A DNA stretch of 7,414 bases from Amoebidium appalachense. Its lineage: Eukaryota > Protista > Ichthyosporea. The translations under genes were made by a program, and so were the position numbers. Where the stretch lies: NCBI GenBank assembly GCA_963693365.1, contig CAVNZM010000110.1, positions 1 to 7,414 on the forward strand, written 5' to 3'. The notes below the pieces were generated by a model. That model was not told the DNA's origin. It ran no database searches and saw nothing but the letters and a program-made list of their open reading frames with translations. This document shows, one piece after another, positions 6,973 to 7,414 of the stretch (position 1 is the first letter of the stretch; every line of letters starts with the position of its first letter).

Positions 6973-7414
6973 TGTTGGAGTGCAGACTTACGCTCACTCC
7001 ACAATATGTGTATGTTAGCTTTACAATTGGTTCCGTGTACACAGACACACGCTGACACTCGATCACCACATGCACATCTGCATAGTTGAGGAATGTTGCC
7101 AATTGTGTTTTGACTGCAAACGATTGGTTCACTGGTCCCAGAGATCTCTAAATGAAAGTAACCAATCCGATTAGCACCTGGCATCCGGATTACATTCCAG
7201 ACTGCTGCCCCACGGGTATATAAGCCACGTCTCTGCCAGGTGCAGTCATGGAGTTCAGTCATGGAGTTCAGTCATGGAGTTCAGTCATGGAGTTAAGTCA
7301 TGGAGTTAAGTCATGGAGTTCAGTCATGGAGTTAACACACTGAAAGCAGTAAAAAACGGGTCAGCGCCCATGCGCGCCACGACGACCCTAGTCACAGCGG
7401 ACTCTACTTCCAAC
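6973..7414 (+). repeat. TRIM LTR-D (7 units; final A beyond the window)
   Basis: Preceded by a PPT, ends CTTCCAAC, same haplotype as LTR-A. Confidence 0.95.

Larger units (their letters stand above)
5164..7414 (+). mobile_element. TRIM tandem dimer: LTR-A / internal (deleted) / LTR-B | LTR-C / internal / LTR-D; ends 1 nt short at the window edge
   Basis: Four LTR copies, two PBS (5610-5624, 6670-6684) and two PPT. Inserted in the integrase region, opposite in orientation to the host copia. Confidence 0.94.

Noticed and set aside
2742-7262. Repeated MTELH... and MNQSF... ORFs as a multicopy gene family
   Set aside because: They are antisense translations of the same LTR, start in the minisatellite or LTR body, have variable C-termini and show no domain resemblance.

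Overview
Eukaryotic nested LTR-retrotransposon cluster with no recognisable host gene. The backbone is the 3' half of a Ty1/copia element on the minus strand: integrase C-terminus, RT and RNase H (1896-5163), a polypurine tract (PPT), and a candidate ~1.7-kb 3' LTR (15-1709). Its pol is interrupted twice by a ~1.1-kb non-coding TRIM-like element with 404-446-bp LTRs bounded by TGTTGGA...TCCAACA, a ~300-bp internal region, a half-tRNA-iMet primer-binding site (PBS) and a PPT. Copy 1 (2628-3737, minus) is a clean insertion with a GGTCT target-site duplication (TSD). The second locus (5164 to the window end, plus) is a dimer LTR-int-LTR|LTR-int-LTR. Its two outer LTRs share one haplotype, and its two directly fused inner LTRs share another, as expected if a 2-LTR circle recombined into a resident copy. 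The TRIM shares its PPT/LTR-start junction (26/28 nt) with the copia it interrupts, which suggests an autonomous/non-autonomous pair. Most ORFs in the supplied track are artefacts of the repeated LTR or of GC-rich alternative frames.
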